Numbered from the stretch's first letter, positions 43,977-52,739 are shown. The stretch is 56,276 nucleotides of DNA from an uncultured Candidatus Saccharibacteria bacterium (GCA_964446625.1 CAYUPH010000006.1:1-56276); one strand, 5' to 3'. Translations and numbers: made by a program. The notes: generated from the sequence alone by a model not told the origin.

Positions 43977-44402
43977 TTATCCAACCACTTCGACGCCCAT
44001 TGAGTGGCAAGTTCCTTCGATAATCTTCATTGCTCCTTCTAGGTCTTTTGCATTTAGGTCAACCATTTTCTTTTCTGCAATTTCCTTGATTTGAGCCCTT
44101 GTAATCTTTCCTGCTTTTTTCTTTAGGTTTGTTCCTGATCCTTTATCAATCTTGATAGCTTTTAGAACAAGACTTGATGCTGGCGGAGTTTTAAGAACAA
44201 AGTCGTAACTTCGGTCTTCGTAAACTGTAATTACAACCGGAACAATGTCTCCTGCCATCTGAGCTGTCGCTGCATTAAATTTTGTAACGAAGTCTCCGAT
44301 AGCAATACCTGCCTGTCCAAGTGCGGGTCCAACTGGTGGCGCTGGAGTTGCTTTTCCAGCAGGGATGACAAGTTTTAGCTGTTTTGTGATTTTCTTTGCC
44401 AT
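43977..44402 (-). CDS. rplK: 50S ribosomal protein L11
   Basis: [25 protein letters not shown]... Confidence 0.96.
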   Translation of the reverse strand: MAKKITKQLKLVIPAGKATPAPPVGPALGQAGIAIGDFVTKFNAATAQMAGDIVPVVITVYEDRSYDFVLKTPPASSLVLKAIKIDKGSGTNLKKKAGKITRAQIKEIAEKKMVDLNAKDLEGAMKIIEGTCHSMGVEVVG

Positions 44403-44435
44403 TTCTACTTTTCTTAAAATAATAAATTCTGCGTC

Positions 44436-44508
44436 TAAGAATTACTTTTAAGAATTAATGTGCCGAGAAGCTCCTAGTGGCGGCTTAATTCCTAAATCGT
44501 AATTCTTA
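44436..44508. repeat. Cargo-less palindromic copy of the IR family (two ~25-nt arms, 23-nt spacer) in the nusG-rplK spacer
   Basis: The arms are taagaattacttttaagaattaatg (44436-44460) and cttaattcctaaatcgtaattctta (44484-44508). The right arm is 24/25 identical (reverse complement) to 39661-39685. Confidence 0.85.
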
Positions 44509-44521
44509 AACTTTTCTCTCC

Positions 44522-45064
44522 TTATATTCGTCTTACTTGTAGGAAATCGAGTTCTACTGGAGTTTCTCGTCCGAACATAGATACGAGAACTTTTACTTTT
44601 CCTCTTTCTCTGTCTACTTCGTCTACCTTTCCTTCAAGGTCTTTAAATGGACCATCAACAATTCCGACAATGTCTCCCTCATCAAGATCAATATTGTGTT
44701 TTGGAAGATCGCTTTGCATTCGTCTAAATAGTTCGTCTACTTCTTTCTTTTCTACAGGAACTGGAAAAACTCCTGACCCTACGAATCCTGTTACTCGAGG
44801 TGTGTTTCGTACCACATACCAAGAATCATCAGTTACAATCATGTCTACCAGGACATATCCTGGATAGATTTTTTCTTCTTCCTCTACCCTTTTGTTTCCT
44901 TTGATTTTGATTTTCTTTTCTGTAGGAACGATTACATTAAAAATCTTGTCCTCCATCTGGAGTGACTCGATTCGCTGTTTTAGGTTTTTTGCAACCGCGT
45001 TTTCGTATCCAGCGTATGTATGAATTGCGTACCAATTGCGCTCTCCTTCTGCTTGCTTTGACAT
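44522..45064 (-). CDS. nusG: Transcription termination/antitermination factor NusG
   Basis: WYAIHTYAGYENAV (NGN domain) and GDIVGIVDGPFKDLEGKVDEVD (KOW domain). Confidence 0.95.
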   Translation of the reverse strand: MSKQAEGERNWYAIHTYAGYENAVAKNLKQRIESLQMEDKIFNVIVPTEKKIKIKGNKRVEEEEKIYPGYVLVDMIVTDDSWYVVRNTPRVTGFVGSGVFPVPVEKKEVDELFRRMQSDLPKHNIDLDEGDIVGIVDGPFKDLEGKVDEVDRERGKVKVLVSMFGRETPVELDFLQVRRI

Positions 45065-45068
45065 AGTT

Positions 45069-45254
45069 TTATCTAAAGTTAAGAATTTTTTCGACTGCTA
45101 ACTTGAAAATAAAATCGAATACTCCAAGGTAAATTGAAACTGCAAGTGAAATTAAAATAACAAGAACAGTAAAAAAGATTGTCTGCTTTCGCGATGGAAA
45201 GCTAACGTGTGCCATTTCTGCTTTTACTTCTCCAAAATAATTTTTTAGTGACAT
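45069..45254 (-). CDS. secE: Preprotein translocase subunit SecE
   Basis: 61 aa with a single TM. FGEVKAEMAHVSFPSRKQ pattern and the canonical position upstream of nusG. Confidence 0.85.
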   Translation of the reverse strand: MSLKNYFGEVKAEMAHVSFPSRKQTIFFTVLVILISLAVSIYLGVFDFIFKLAVEKILNFR

Positions 45255-45341
45255 AGGATTATTTTATACCTTTCTTTTGACTACGACTAGTCTTTTTAAG
45301 GCTTTCCTTACTAAAAAACCCCTTCCGGGGGTTACAAGACA

Positions 45342-45369
45342 ATAATATCATTTTAAGCAGGTTTGTCAA
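45342..45369 (-). promoter_or_regulatory. Candidate sigma70-type promoter for secE-nusG-rplK
   Basis: Minus strand reads TTGACA (45364-45369), a 16-nt spacer, then TATTAT (45342-45347). A hairpin plus U-run follows within ~25 nt, which makes the call ambiguous. Confidence 0.35.
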
Positions 45370-45371
45370 TC

Positions 45372-45400
45372 AAAAAGCCCTACCTAAGGTAGGGCTTTTT
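45372..45400 (-). terminator. Intrinsic terminator after the SIMPL-domain gene
   Basis: aaaaagccctacc taa ggtagggcttttt. Confidence 0.8.
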
Positions 45401-45415
45401 GCCTCAAAATAGGGC

Positions 45416-46213
45416 TTAGTCGTCGATTCGGTAAGTTACAGAAACATTGACTGTAATCTTGCTCTGTCCCTTTGGAAGATCTGGAGTAGGCGCAGCTGCC
45501 TTCATTACTCCTCCTCCGTAATCCATGCTCATAGACTCAGCATACATTGGCATAGCGTCTGGATTCTCGTAGTAAGACATAATCTCTTCAATATCGATTC
45601 CAAGGTCCTCAGAAAGCTTTTCAGCTTTTGCCTTCGCATCAGCAATTGCCTTTGTTCGAGCTTCAGCCTTTAGAGCTTCTTCATCGTCCACAGAGAAAGT
45701 AAGTCCAGAAAGAGTACTTGCTCCAAGCTCTCCAATCTTTGTAATAAGATCAGCGGCTTTGTCAGCGTTTCGTACTTTTACTCGTACATCGTATCCTGCT
45801 GTGTATCCCACAATCACAGATTTTCCATTTGGACATCCGTACTGAGTACATACTCCTTGCTTGTACTCATACTTTGGAGAAAAGCTTGTTGAAACTGTAA
45901 TATCTTTTTCCTCTACACCAGCATCTTTGATGTATTTCATCGCAGCGTTGTGCTTTTCAGTTGCTTTGGTTTGAGCCTCAGTGACTGTTGCACCTTCCTC
46001 AGAAACTCCATAAGAGAATGTTGCAATGTTTGGCACTGCAGTTACCTCTCCTACTCCGTTTACTGTAATAGCGTTGTAAGATGGCATTCCACCATTCTTG
46101 TATTTCTTGACCTGGCCAATTGAGGCAGTAAGAAGGAAAACTCCAAGAAGAATGAGAACACCGAGAACAGCTTTTTTAAAAACGTCAGATTTAAAAAGTT
46201 CTTCGTTATTCAT
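45416..46213 (-). CDS. SIMPL-domain (DUF541) secreted/membrane-anchored protein
   Basis: N-terminal TM, then ITVNGVGEVTAVPNIATFSYGVSEEG...KGQSKITVNVSVTYRI. Confidence 0.8.
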   Translation of the reverse strand: MNNEELFKSDVFKKAVLGVLILLGVFLLTASIGQVKKYKNGGMPSYNAITVNGVGEVTAVPNIATFSYGVSEEGATVTEAQTKATEKHNAAMKYIKDAGVEEKDITVSTSFSPKYEYKQGVCTQYGCPNGKSVIVGYTAGYDVRVKVRNADKAADLITKIGELGASTLSGLTFSVDDEEALKAEARTKAIADAKAKAEKLSEDLGIDIEEIMSYYENPDAMPMYAESMSMDYGGGVMKAAAPTPDLPKGQSKITVNVSVTYRIDD

Positions 46214-46319
46214 TTACTTTTAATTATTCTAATAATACTCAAGACCAAAGCCTAAAGTGGAGCTATTTTAGCATAAAATTTTAGTTATGACACAAGGAGA
46301 AAGAGAGGCCTCGTTTGGA

Positions 46320-47222
46320 CTACATTCGGCCGCTTTTTTGGTCTTTGTATGCTTTAAAAAGGTTCTCAAAAAGAGAGGCGACCGTCATGGGGCCAATACC
46401 ACCTGGAACTGGAGAGATTTTACTTACCACTTTGCTAACTGTCGCAAAATCGACATCCCCAACTAATTTTATTTTTGGATTTTCCTCTAATTCTTTTTTT
46501 CCTTTTTCAGCGTTTGTTCCTACATCAACAACAACTTGGTTTTTTGAAAAATACTTTTTATCAAAAAACTTTGCCTTTCCAACAGAGACAATGACTACAT
46601 CGGCTGTTTTTGTGAGTTTCTCAAGGTCTTCTGTTTTACTATGCGCAACTGTCACAGTTGCATTCTCTTTGAGAAGGAGCATTGCAACAGGTTTTCCTAC
46701 AAGAAGCGAGCGCCCAATGACAACCACCTTTTTTCCTGAAAGAGCGACTTTGTAATGCTTAAGAAGAGTAATAATACCTCGCGCTGTTGCAGGAATAAGC
46801 CCCGCAGGAACGGTTCTTGGATCACTTCCGCCAAATGCGCTTTCGTAGAGGAGTCCTGCGTTTCTTGAGTGTAGTCCATCAACATCTTTTCGTGGGTCAA
46901 TTTCTTCTATAACAGCAAAGCGGTCAACGTGTTTTGGGAGTGGAAGTTGAACAATAATTCCGTGTACAGAAAAATCTAGGTTAAGGTCACGGATTTCTGC
47001 AATGATTTCTTTTTGTGTCGCTTCTTCGGGAAGAGTGATTCGCCTTACTTCTGCGCCAACTTGTTTTCCAAAAGACACCTTTCGCTCAATATACGCACTC
47101 GACTCTTTCTTGTCCCCCACCTGAATAATCGCAAGGGTTGGCGCACCAAGCTCCTTCGCTTCCTGCGTTAGTTTTTTTGCAATCTTTTGTGAAACTAATT
47201 TTCCGTCGAGAATTTCTGCCAT
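46320..47222 (-). CDS. folD: Bifunctional 5,10-methylene-THF dehydrogenase/cyclohydrolase
   Basis: ILDGKLVSQKI, LAIIQVGD, HGIIVQLPLP, DVDG, VVVIGRSLLVGKP, PVPGGIGPMTVA. TGCTAAAGT lies 6 nt upstream of the ATG. Confidence 0.95.
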   Translation of the reverse strand: MAEILDGKLVSQKIAKKLTQEAKELGAPTLAIIQVGDKKESSAYIERKVSFGKQVGAEVRRITLPEEATQKEIIAEIRDLNLDFSVHGIIVQLPLPKHVDRFAVIEEIDPRKDVDGLHSRNAGLLYESAFGGSDPRTVPAGLIPATARGIITLLKHYKVALSGKKVVVIGRSLLVGKPVAMLLLKENATVTVAHSKTEDLEKLTKTADVVIVSVGKAKFFDKKYFSKNQVVVDVGTNAEKGKKELEENPKIKLVGDVDFATVSKVVSKISPVPGGIGPMTVASLFENLFKAYKDQKSGRM

Positions 47223-47250
47223 AAGAACACTTTAGCATTTTTGTGACAAT

Positions 47251-47275
47251 AAAAAAAGCAGTCCCGAGGGACTGC
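47251..47275 (-). terminator. Intrinsic terminator just upstream of the folD promoter
   Basis: gcagtccc ga gggactgc, followed by U7 on the minus strand. Confidence 0.75.
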
Positions 47276-47280
47276 TGAAG

Positions 47281-47508
47281 CTACACTACCATAGCATCGG
47301 CTCGTTGAGCGATAGGTGGGATTTCTCTGGCAACTGTCGCTAGCCTGCTTAATCCTCTAACAGCTTCATGAATTGAGGGGCACACGAAACTGTAAACAAA
47401 ATCAGTGTTCCGTGTCCAACCTTCGAATTTGAAGGAGATTCTCCCAGCTATTAACGAGCGAACCTTTGCTTGGCACTCTGGGCATACTATTACAAAGAAC
47501 TGTTTCAT
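47281..47508 (-). CDS. Candidate 75-aa Cys-containing small protein; the region may instead be a structured RNA
   Basis: MKQFFVIVCPECQAKVRSL...VCPSIHEAV. The ORF ends 5 nt before the terminator. The region is GC-rich and stem-rich, and there is no SD. Confidence 0.3.
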   Translation of the reverse strand: MKQFFVIVCPECQAKVRSLIAGRISFKFEGWTRNTDFVYSFVCPSIHEAVRGLSRLATVAREIPPIAQRADAMVV

Positions 47509-47554
47509 TTTCTCGAGACAAGTGAGTCCGGGAATTCGGGCCCACTTTCCTAAA

Positions 47555-47585
47555 GAAAAACCTCCGCCCATGGGGCGGAGGTTTT
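47555..47585. terminator. Strong GC-rich 9-bp hairpin flanked by A and T runs (bidirectional terminator form) with no obvious upstream gene on either strand
   Basis: aaaaa cctccgccc atg gggcggagg tttt. Confidence 0.5.
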
Positions 47586-47721
47586 GGAAAATCTTTGAAA
47601 TCAATTTACACAAAACAAACCTCGCCCGGGGCGGTATTCCAGAAAAAGAAACCGAAGTAAAAGTTTTGTGTTTTTGATACCTTCATATAGGTAGAAAAAA
47701 TGTTACCATATAGGAAAAAGT

Positions 47722-49131
47722 ATGCAAGAGGACAAAAAAACAGAAGTAAAGAGGTGGATAAGGGTAAGTGGAGCGGAGTATAAGGACGGCGAAGTACTCT
47801 ACTTTGCGACGCGCGAAATGCGCATAGAAGATAACCCTTCTCTTCTTTTTGCAGAAAGTTTTGCAAAAGAAAAGAAAACTGCGTTCGCAGTATCATACAA
47901 TCTTGAAACTGGTTTTCTTGGTGGCTCGTACCGAAGCCATGCATTTAAAGTAAAGGGACTAAAAGAATTTTCAGAAAACCTGGAGAAAAAAAATATTCCC
48001 TTCTTTCTTTTTTCTGGAGAAAAGACAATTGAAAGTGTTGTAGATTTTATAGAGGCTCACAAAATCGGCGCGCTTGTAACAGACTTCTGTCCCCTTTCCT
48101 CTCACAAAGCATGGCTTCGACACCTTAGACAAAAGCTATCAATTCCCATCTTTATTGTTGATTCTCACAATATCGTCCCCACTTGGGTTTCAAGCCAAAA
48201 ACAAGAATACGGCGCATATACCCTCCGGCCAAAAATCACAAAACTCCTCCCTTCTTTTTTAAAGGAACTTCCTCCTCTCAAAAAACAGACCGCACTCTTT
48301 AGTGTAAAACCCAAAGAAATAAATTGGGAAAATATGCTAAGTGACTTTCCAGACAAAAGTACTCCAGAAAGTACGGATTTTCTCCCGGGCGAAAAGGAAG
48401 CAAAAAAAGTCTTATCTAGATTTTTGGAAGACAAAATTCGAGGCTATGCAGAAAAAAGAAATGATCCGCTTCAGGACTTTCAGTCGAACCTTTCTCCTTA
48501 CCTCCACTACGGACAAATTAGTGCGCTCCGTATCGCTCTTGAAGCTTTGAAAATTTTAAATCTACCTTTTGAAAAAGTTTTTCATCCTCTTAAAAATGCC
48601 GCCTCTTCGAAAACTGAACATGTATCTGCCTTCCTTGAAGAACTAATTGTGCGCAGAGAACTCGCAGACAACTTTTGCTTCTACAATGAAAAATATGATT
48701 CTTTCGATGGTTTTCCCGACTGGGCAAAAAATAGCCTCACTGACGCTAAAGGAGACGAGAGAGAGTTTGTGTATACAAAAAAAGAATTTGAGGAGGCAAA
48801 AACACACGACAACCTCTGGAACGCCTGCCAAAGAGAAATGGTCCTTACAGGCAAAATGCATGGCTATATGCGAATGTACTGGGCAAAGAAAATCCTAGAG
48901 TGGACCAAATCACCCGAAGAAGCTCTTAAAATTGCTATTTACTTAAACGATAAATACGAACTAGACGGCAGAGACCCAAATGGCTACGCAGGAATTGCAT
49001 GGAGTATTGGAGGTGTGCACGACAGAGCATGGTTTCCCCGAAAAGTTTTCGGCCTTGTAAGGTACATGGCGCGAAGCGGCTGTGACAAAAAGTTTGATAC
49101 AAAAGCCTACATAAAAAAGTGGGTCAAATAA
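47722..49131 (+). CDS. phr: Deoxyribodipyrimidine photolyase, class II
   Basis: GKMHGYMRMYWAKKILEW, LNDKYELDGRDPNGYAGIAWSIGGVHDRAW, RYMARSGCDKKF. Confidence 0.92.
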   Translation: MQEDKKTEVKRWIRVSGAEYKDGEVLYFATREMRIEDNPSLLFAESFAKEKKTAFAVSYNLETGFLGGSYRSHAFKVKGLKEFSENLEKKNIPFFLFSGEKTIESVVDFIEAHKIGALVTDFCPLSSHKAWLRHLRQKLSIPIFIVDSHNIVPTWVSSQKQEYGAYTLRPKITKLLPSFLKELPPLKKQTALFSVKPKEINWENMLSDFPDKSTPESTDFLPGEKEAKKVLSRFLEDKIRGYAEKRNDPLQDFQSNLSPYLHYGQISALRIALEALKILNLPFEKVFHPLKNAASSKTEHVSAFLEELIVRRELADNFCFYNEKYDSFDGFPDWAKNSLTDAKGDEREFVYTKKEFEEAKTHDNLWNACQREMVLTGKMHGYMRMYWAKKILEWTKSPEEALKIAIYLNDKYELDGRDPNGYAGIAWSIGGVHDRAWFPRKVFGLVRYMARSGCDKKFDTKAYIKKWVK

Positions 49132-49145
49132 AAAAGGACCTTAAG

Positions 49146-49526
49146 TTAGGTCCGTAGCCATTTACCGATTTGTTCCCAACATATTTTTTCTCCGGAGGGA
49201 AAAACGTATGAAGAGTGAATTTTTGTTTCCAAGACGTCACTACATAACACTACCTTGTCGAAAGTGCCCGGCGCCTCTTGTGAATTCCCAATTAACCTAC
49301 CAAGAGGGACACAAAGTGGGATTAGGTTTTTTTGGGTTAAAACCATCACCTGTTCCCATTGGATTCTCGAATCTTGAGAAAGGAAAATCCAAACCTCATG
49401 TCCTACGTGCGTCATACCCCTTAACACGCCTTCAGCTGAAGGTCGAAGGCGATAAACTGTCATCGAAAAAGAATCAGGGGTAGTGCTCTCCTCGAAGAGA
49501 GCCCTGAAGTCGAAAATAATTTTCAT
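49146..49526 (-). CDS. Hypothetical 126-aa protein (orphan)
   Basis: Intact ORF between the photolyase and msrA. Its stop lies inside the hairpin ggacc ttaagtta ggtcc. No motif recognised. Confidence 0.4.
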   Translation of the reverse strand: MKIIFDFRALFEESTTPDSFSMTVYRLRPSAEGVLRGMTHVGHEVWIFLSQDSRIQWEQVMVLTQKNLIPLCVPLGRLIGNSQEAPGTFDKVVLCSDVLETKIHSSYVFPSGEKICWEQIGKWLRT

Positions 49527-49564
49527 GCTTCCCCTGTTTTAACACAGATGTAGAAAATGAACAA

Positions 49565-50101
49565 TTACTCCTTCCAATTGATTTTCTTTTGCTCTCGAAT
49601 CTCACACACTTTATTTGCCCACACCTCTTTTCCTGAGCCTCTCCTGTATGCGTTATAGTGCTCGGGATTTTTTTCGCTATATCTTTGGTGGTATTCCTCT
49701 GCTTTTATAAAATTTGTAAAAGGCAAAACTTCTGTTTTGATACTTTTCTCATATAACTTTGAATCTTCGAGCTCTTTAATGAGCCCTTCTGCTATTTGTT
49801 TTTCTGCTACACTTTCAAAATAGATTGCAGTTTTGTAGGACTCCCCTCTATCAAAAAATTGCCCGCCTTCATCTGTTGGATCAATATGATCAAGAAAAAA
49901 CTGGCATATCCTTTTAAAGGATGTTTTCTCATCATCAAAAAGGACAAAGACACCTTCTCGAAAACCGTTGTGGTTTTCATAAGTTGCAGTACTTCCCTCG
50001 CCCACATATCCACTTTCCACTTCGAGAACCCCAGGAAGACTCCGAAGATCATGCTCGGTACACCAGAAACACCCACCTGCAAAATATGCACTCCTGCGCA
50101 T
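49565..50101 (-). CDS. msrA: Peptide methionine (S)-sulfoxide reductase MsrA
   Basis: AYFAGGCFWCTEHD, GYVGE, IDPTDEGGQFFDRG, YHQRY. Confidence 0.95.
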   Translation of the reverse strand: MRRSAYFAGGCFWCTEHDLRSLPGVLEVESGYVGEGSTATYENHNGFREGVFVLFDDEKTSFKRICQFFLDHIDPTDEGGQFFDRGESYKTAIYFESVAEKQIAEGLIKELEDSKLYEKSIKTEVLPFTNFIKAEEYHQRYSEKNPEHYNAYRRGSGKEVWANKVCEIREQKKINWKE

Positions 50102-51465
50102 TAGATTTTCTTTAGGAAAGAAACATAAAATGTACTTCCTCCCCCTTCAGTTGATTCAAACCAAATCTTTCCTTTGTGTTTTTCGATAATAATTTTTGAA
50201 AAGTAGAGTCCAAGACCAGTACCCGATATGTGGACTGTACGCGCATTTGATGCTCTGTAAAACTTTTTAAAGAGGTTTCCTTGTTCTGCAACAGGAATTC
50301 CGATACCAGTGTCTTTTAGATAGATTGTATGCATATCGCCATTATCAATGTATCCAACTCTAATCGAGCTTCGGTCTGGTGAATATTTGATAGAGTTAGC
50401 AATAATGTTAGTAAAGACTCGTCCTATCTTTGAACCATCACAATCTGAAAAAACTTTTTCAGGAAGGTTCCCTTCATACACGATAGAAATATCTTTCTTT
50501 GCAAGCGAGTCCTTTAAGTCTCCTGCTGCTCCTTTTACAATATCAACAAGGTTTGCAGTTTGCTTCTTCAATACAAGTTCTGTGTCGCGCTCTAGGTGAG
50601 ACGCCTCGAGAAAATCTTCTACAAGATTTCCAAAATCTTCTGCTTGCATATAAAGATCATTTATAAAAGACTGTTGTGGCTGATCAAGTTTTCCAAGTTC
50701 TTCTTCGTAAAGCATTCCAAGCCCACCTTTAATTCTTGTCACGAAGCCACGAATTTCGTGTGACATAAAAGAAGAGAACTCCATTTTTATGTTGTTAAGC
50801 TCGTTGTTCTTGTTTGTAATTCGAATTCGGTAAATCACAAGGAAAAAGAGAGCAACAAAAATCGAGATAACAAGAGAAAGTGCACTCGCATAAAAAATCT
50901 GTGATAAATACTCCGATGCAGGTGTGTCGATACCAATAAGGGCTATTGGTAAGTTTGTATCAGGTGAAAGCACGGGTGCGTAGGCGCTTACCCATTCTCC
51001 ATAACTGTCGGTGTAAGGTCCATCTGCAAAAGCTTTTCCTTCTAGAAAATTTCGAATCTCATAATCCTGAGACTCAATATATACTTCTCCTGGCCCTGAG
51101 TATCCATTTGAGCCAGGAAGCTCGGAATCAACATAAAAGAAAAGTTTTTGTATATCATCTCTGTAGCCCATAAGGTACACAAAGCGCGCGTCTGGACTAA
51201 CTGCTTTTATATCTACCATTTTCTTCTTAAGGTACGCGTAGTCCGTGCTTTCTAAATCTCGCTCATCTCCTTTGAGTTGAAGGATTGGGCTACGATGAAT
51301 AGTTTTTGCAATAACAGATACACGATTAATCAGAGATTCCTTTTGCTTTTCAGCAACAATGTCACCTATATACCACGCACTTCCGATACCCAAAAGAAGC
51401 ACAGCAGTAATTTGAGTTGCAATATAATACTTCGATGTAAACATCTTACTAAAATCCATGCACAC
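50101..51465 (-). CDS. Sensor histidine kinase (two TM flanking an extracytoplasmic domain; HisKA + HATPase_c)
   Basis: H-box FSSFMSHEIRGF, N-box NIIANSIKYS, G-boxes DTGIGI and GTGLGL. Its stop overlaps the msrA start by 1 nt. Confidence 0.9.
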   Translation of the reverse strand: MCMDFSKMFTSKYYIATQITAVLLLGIGSAWYIGDIVAEKQKESLINRVSVIAKTIHRSPILQLKGDERDLESTDYAYLKKKMVDIKAVSPDARFVYLMGYRDDIQKLFFYVDSELPGSNGYSGPGEVYIESQDYEIRNFLEGKAFADGPYTDSYGEWVSAYAPVLSPDTNLPIALIGIDTPASEYLSQIFYASALSLVISIFVALFFLVIYRIRITNKNNELNNIKMEFSSFMSHEIRGFVTRIKGGLGMLYEEELGKLDQPQQSFINDLYMQAEDFGNLVEDFLEASHLERDTELVLKKQTANLVDIVKGAAGDLKDSLAKKDISIVYEGNLPEKVFSDCDGSKIGRVFTNIIANSIKYSPDRSSIRVGYIDNGDMHTIYLKDTGIGIPVAEQGNLFKKFYRASNARTVHISGTGLGLYFSKIIIEKHKGKIWFESTEGGGSTFYVSFLKKI

Positions 51466-51492
51466 ATTATACCAAAAACTTAATAAAAGAAC

Positions 51493-51960
51493 CTATGCGT
51501 GGTGATACTTACTTCCCTTTTGGATAGAAACTGCCCTATAAATTTGCTCGAGGACTATCATTCGAACAAGCATATGAGGAAAAGTAAACTTAGAAAGTGA
51601 GATAATACTTTTTGATTTCTCTTTTAAAGAAGCAGAAACACCAAACGCTCCCCCGATAATAAATACAATGCTTCCCACAGAATTATCTTCAAGTTTTTTT
51701 AAAAATACTGCAAACTCCTCTGAAGAATATTCTTTTCCTTTCTCATCAAACAAAACGGTGTATGCACCCTGCGGAACAGATTTTAAAATTTTCTCCGCTT
51801 CTTCATTTTTACCCTTTTCGTCTTCGGGTGATTCTGCGACCCCTGGAACAAAAAGCCAAGACAGTGTGTGCTCTGCACGAAGTCTTTTCTCGTATTCTGA
51901 TACAAAGTCCTCTACTTCAAGAGTGTTCTTTTTTCCAACGCTAATTATTTTTATATTCAT
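51493..51960 (-). CDS. rlmH: 23S rRNA (pseudouridine1915-N3)-methyltransferase RlmH (SPOUT)
   Basis: 155 aa. MNIKIISVGK..., FIIGGAFGVS, LSLSKFTFPHMLVRMIVLEQIYRA. Confidence 0.9.
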   Translation of the reverse strand: MNIKIISVGKKNTLEVEDFVSEYEKRLRAEHTLSWLFVPGVAESPEDEKGKNEEAEKILKSVPQGAYTVLFDEKGKEYSSEEFAVFLKKLEDNSVGSIVFIIGGAFGVSASLKEKSKSIISLSKFTFPHMLVRMIVLEQIYRAVSIQKGSKYHHA

Positions 51961-52003
51961 GTTTTTTACAATCTTATGCTAGCATAGGCGTACAGACAAA
52001 CAA

Positions 52004-52738
52004 ATGCTTACAAAAGGACGAATTAGTTTCATACAAAGCCTGAAAGACAAAAAGGTGCGAAGCCGAAAAGCTGTTTTTGTTGTTGAAGGTGAAAAGTCAG
52101 TTATTGAAATCCTCAAATCAAATTTTGATGTCCTTGAGTGCTATGCAACAAGACACTTTATAAATGCAAACAAAAATCTTTTAAACTCAAAGAAGATTCA
52201 CGCGGAAGCAGTTGAAGAAGGAGAGCTCCGAAAAATTAGCTTTCTTGAAACTCCTCAAGAAGTCCTCCTCATAGCAAAGCAAAAACAAAATACCCTTCCC
52301 CAAAAACTTACTGGAAAAATTCTCGCTCTCGACAATGTTCGCGATCCTGGAAACCTTGGAACAATTATCCGTATTGCAGACTGGTACGGAATCAAAGAGA
52401 TTGTGTGTAGCGAAAACTGTGCCGACCTATGGAACAATAAAGTAATTTCTGCTTCAATGGGTTCTTTTTGTAGAGTAAAAGTCTACTACGCTTCTCTTTC
52501 AAAAGTTTTGTCAGAGACAAAACTTCCTGTACTCGGTGCGTTTCTTAAAGGAGAAAATGCACATAAATTCAGTTTCCCTTCTGAAGGAATTCTTGTTCTT
52601 GGCAATGAAGCAAACGGAATTAGTGACGATATTAAATCTTATATAACTCACAAAATAACTATTCCTCGCTTTGGCGAGGCAGAGTCCCTCAATGTGAGCG
52701 TGTCAGGTGCTGTTCTTCTAGATAACTGGGCTCGATAA
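52004..52738 (+). CDS. TrmH/SpoU-family RNA 2'-O-methyltransferase
   Basis: DNVRDPGNLGTIIRIA, LVLGNEANGIS, IPRFGEAESLNVSVSGAVLL. Confidence 0.9.
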   Translation: MLTKGRISFIQSLKDKKVRSRKAVFVVEGEKSVIEILKSNFDVLECYATRHFINANKNLLNSKKIHAEAVEEGELRKISFLETPQEVLLIAKQKQNTLPQKLTGKILALDNVRDPGNLGTIIRIADWYGIKEIVCSENCADLWNNKVISASMGSFCRVKVYYASLSKVLSETKLPVLGAFLKGENAHKFSFPSEGILVLGNEANGISDDIKSYITHKITIPRFGEAESLNVSVSGAVLLDNWAR

Positions 52739-52739
52739 C

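Noticed and set aside
45314-45369. Promoter (TTGACA-16-TATTAT) followed within ~25 nt by the hairpin aacccccggaaggggtt plus a U-run: a transcription attenuator for secE-nusG?
   Set aside because: The hairpin is equally well explained as a second tandem terminator of the upstream SIMPL gene, and the promoter as a chance match. This cannot be resolved from sequence alone.
47555-47640. ZTP (pfl) riboswitch controlling folD (ACCGCCCCGGGCGA resembles CCGCCUGGGCA).
   Set aside because: The match is inexact, the 5' GACUGGCG-type subdomain is missing, and a strong terminator plus a separate folD promoter lie in between.
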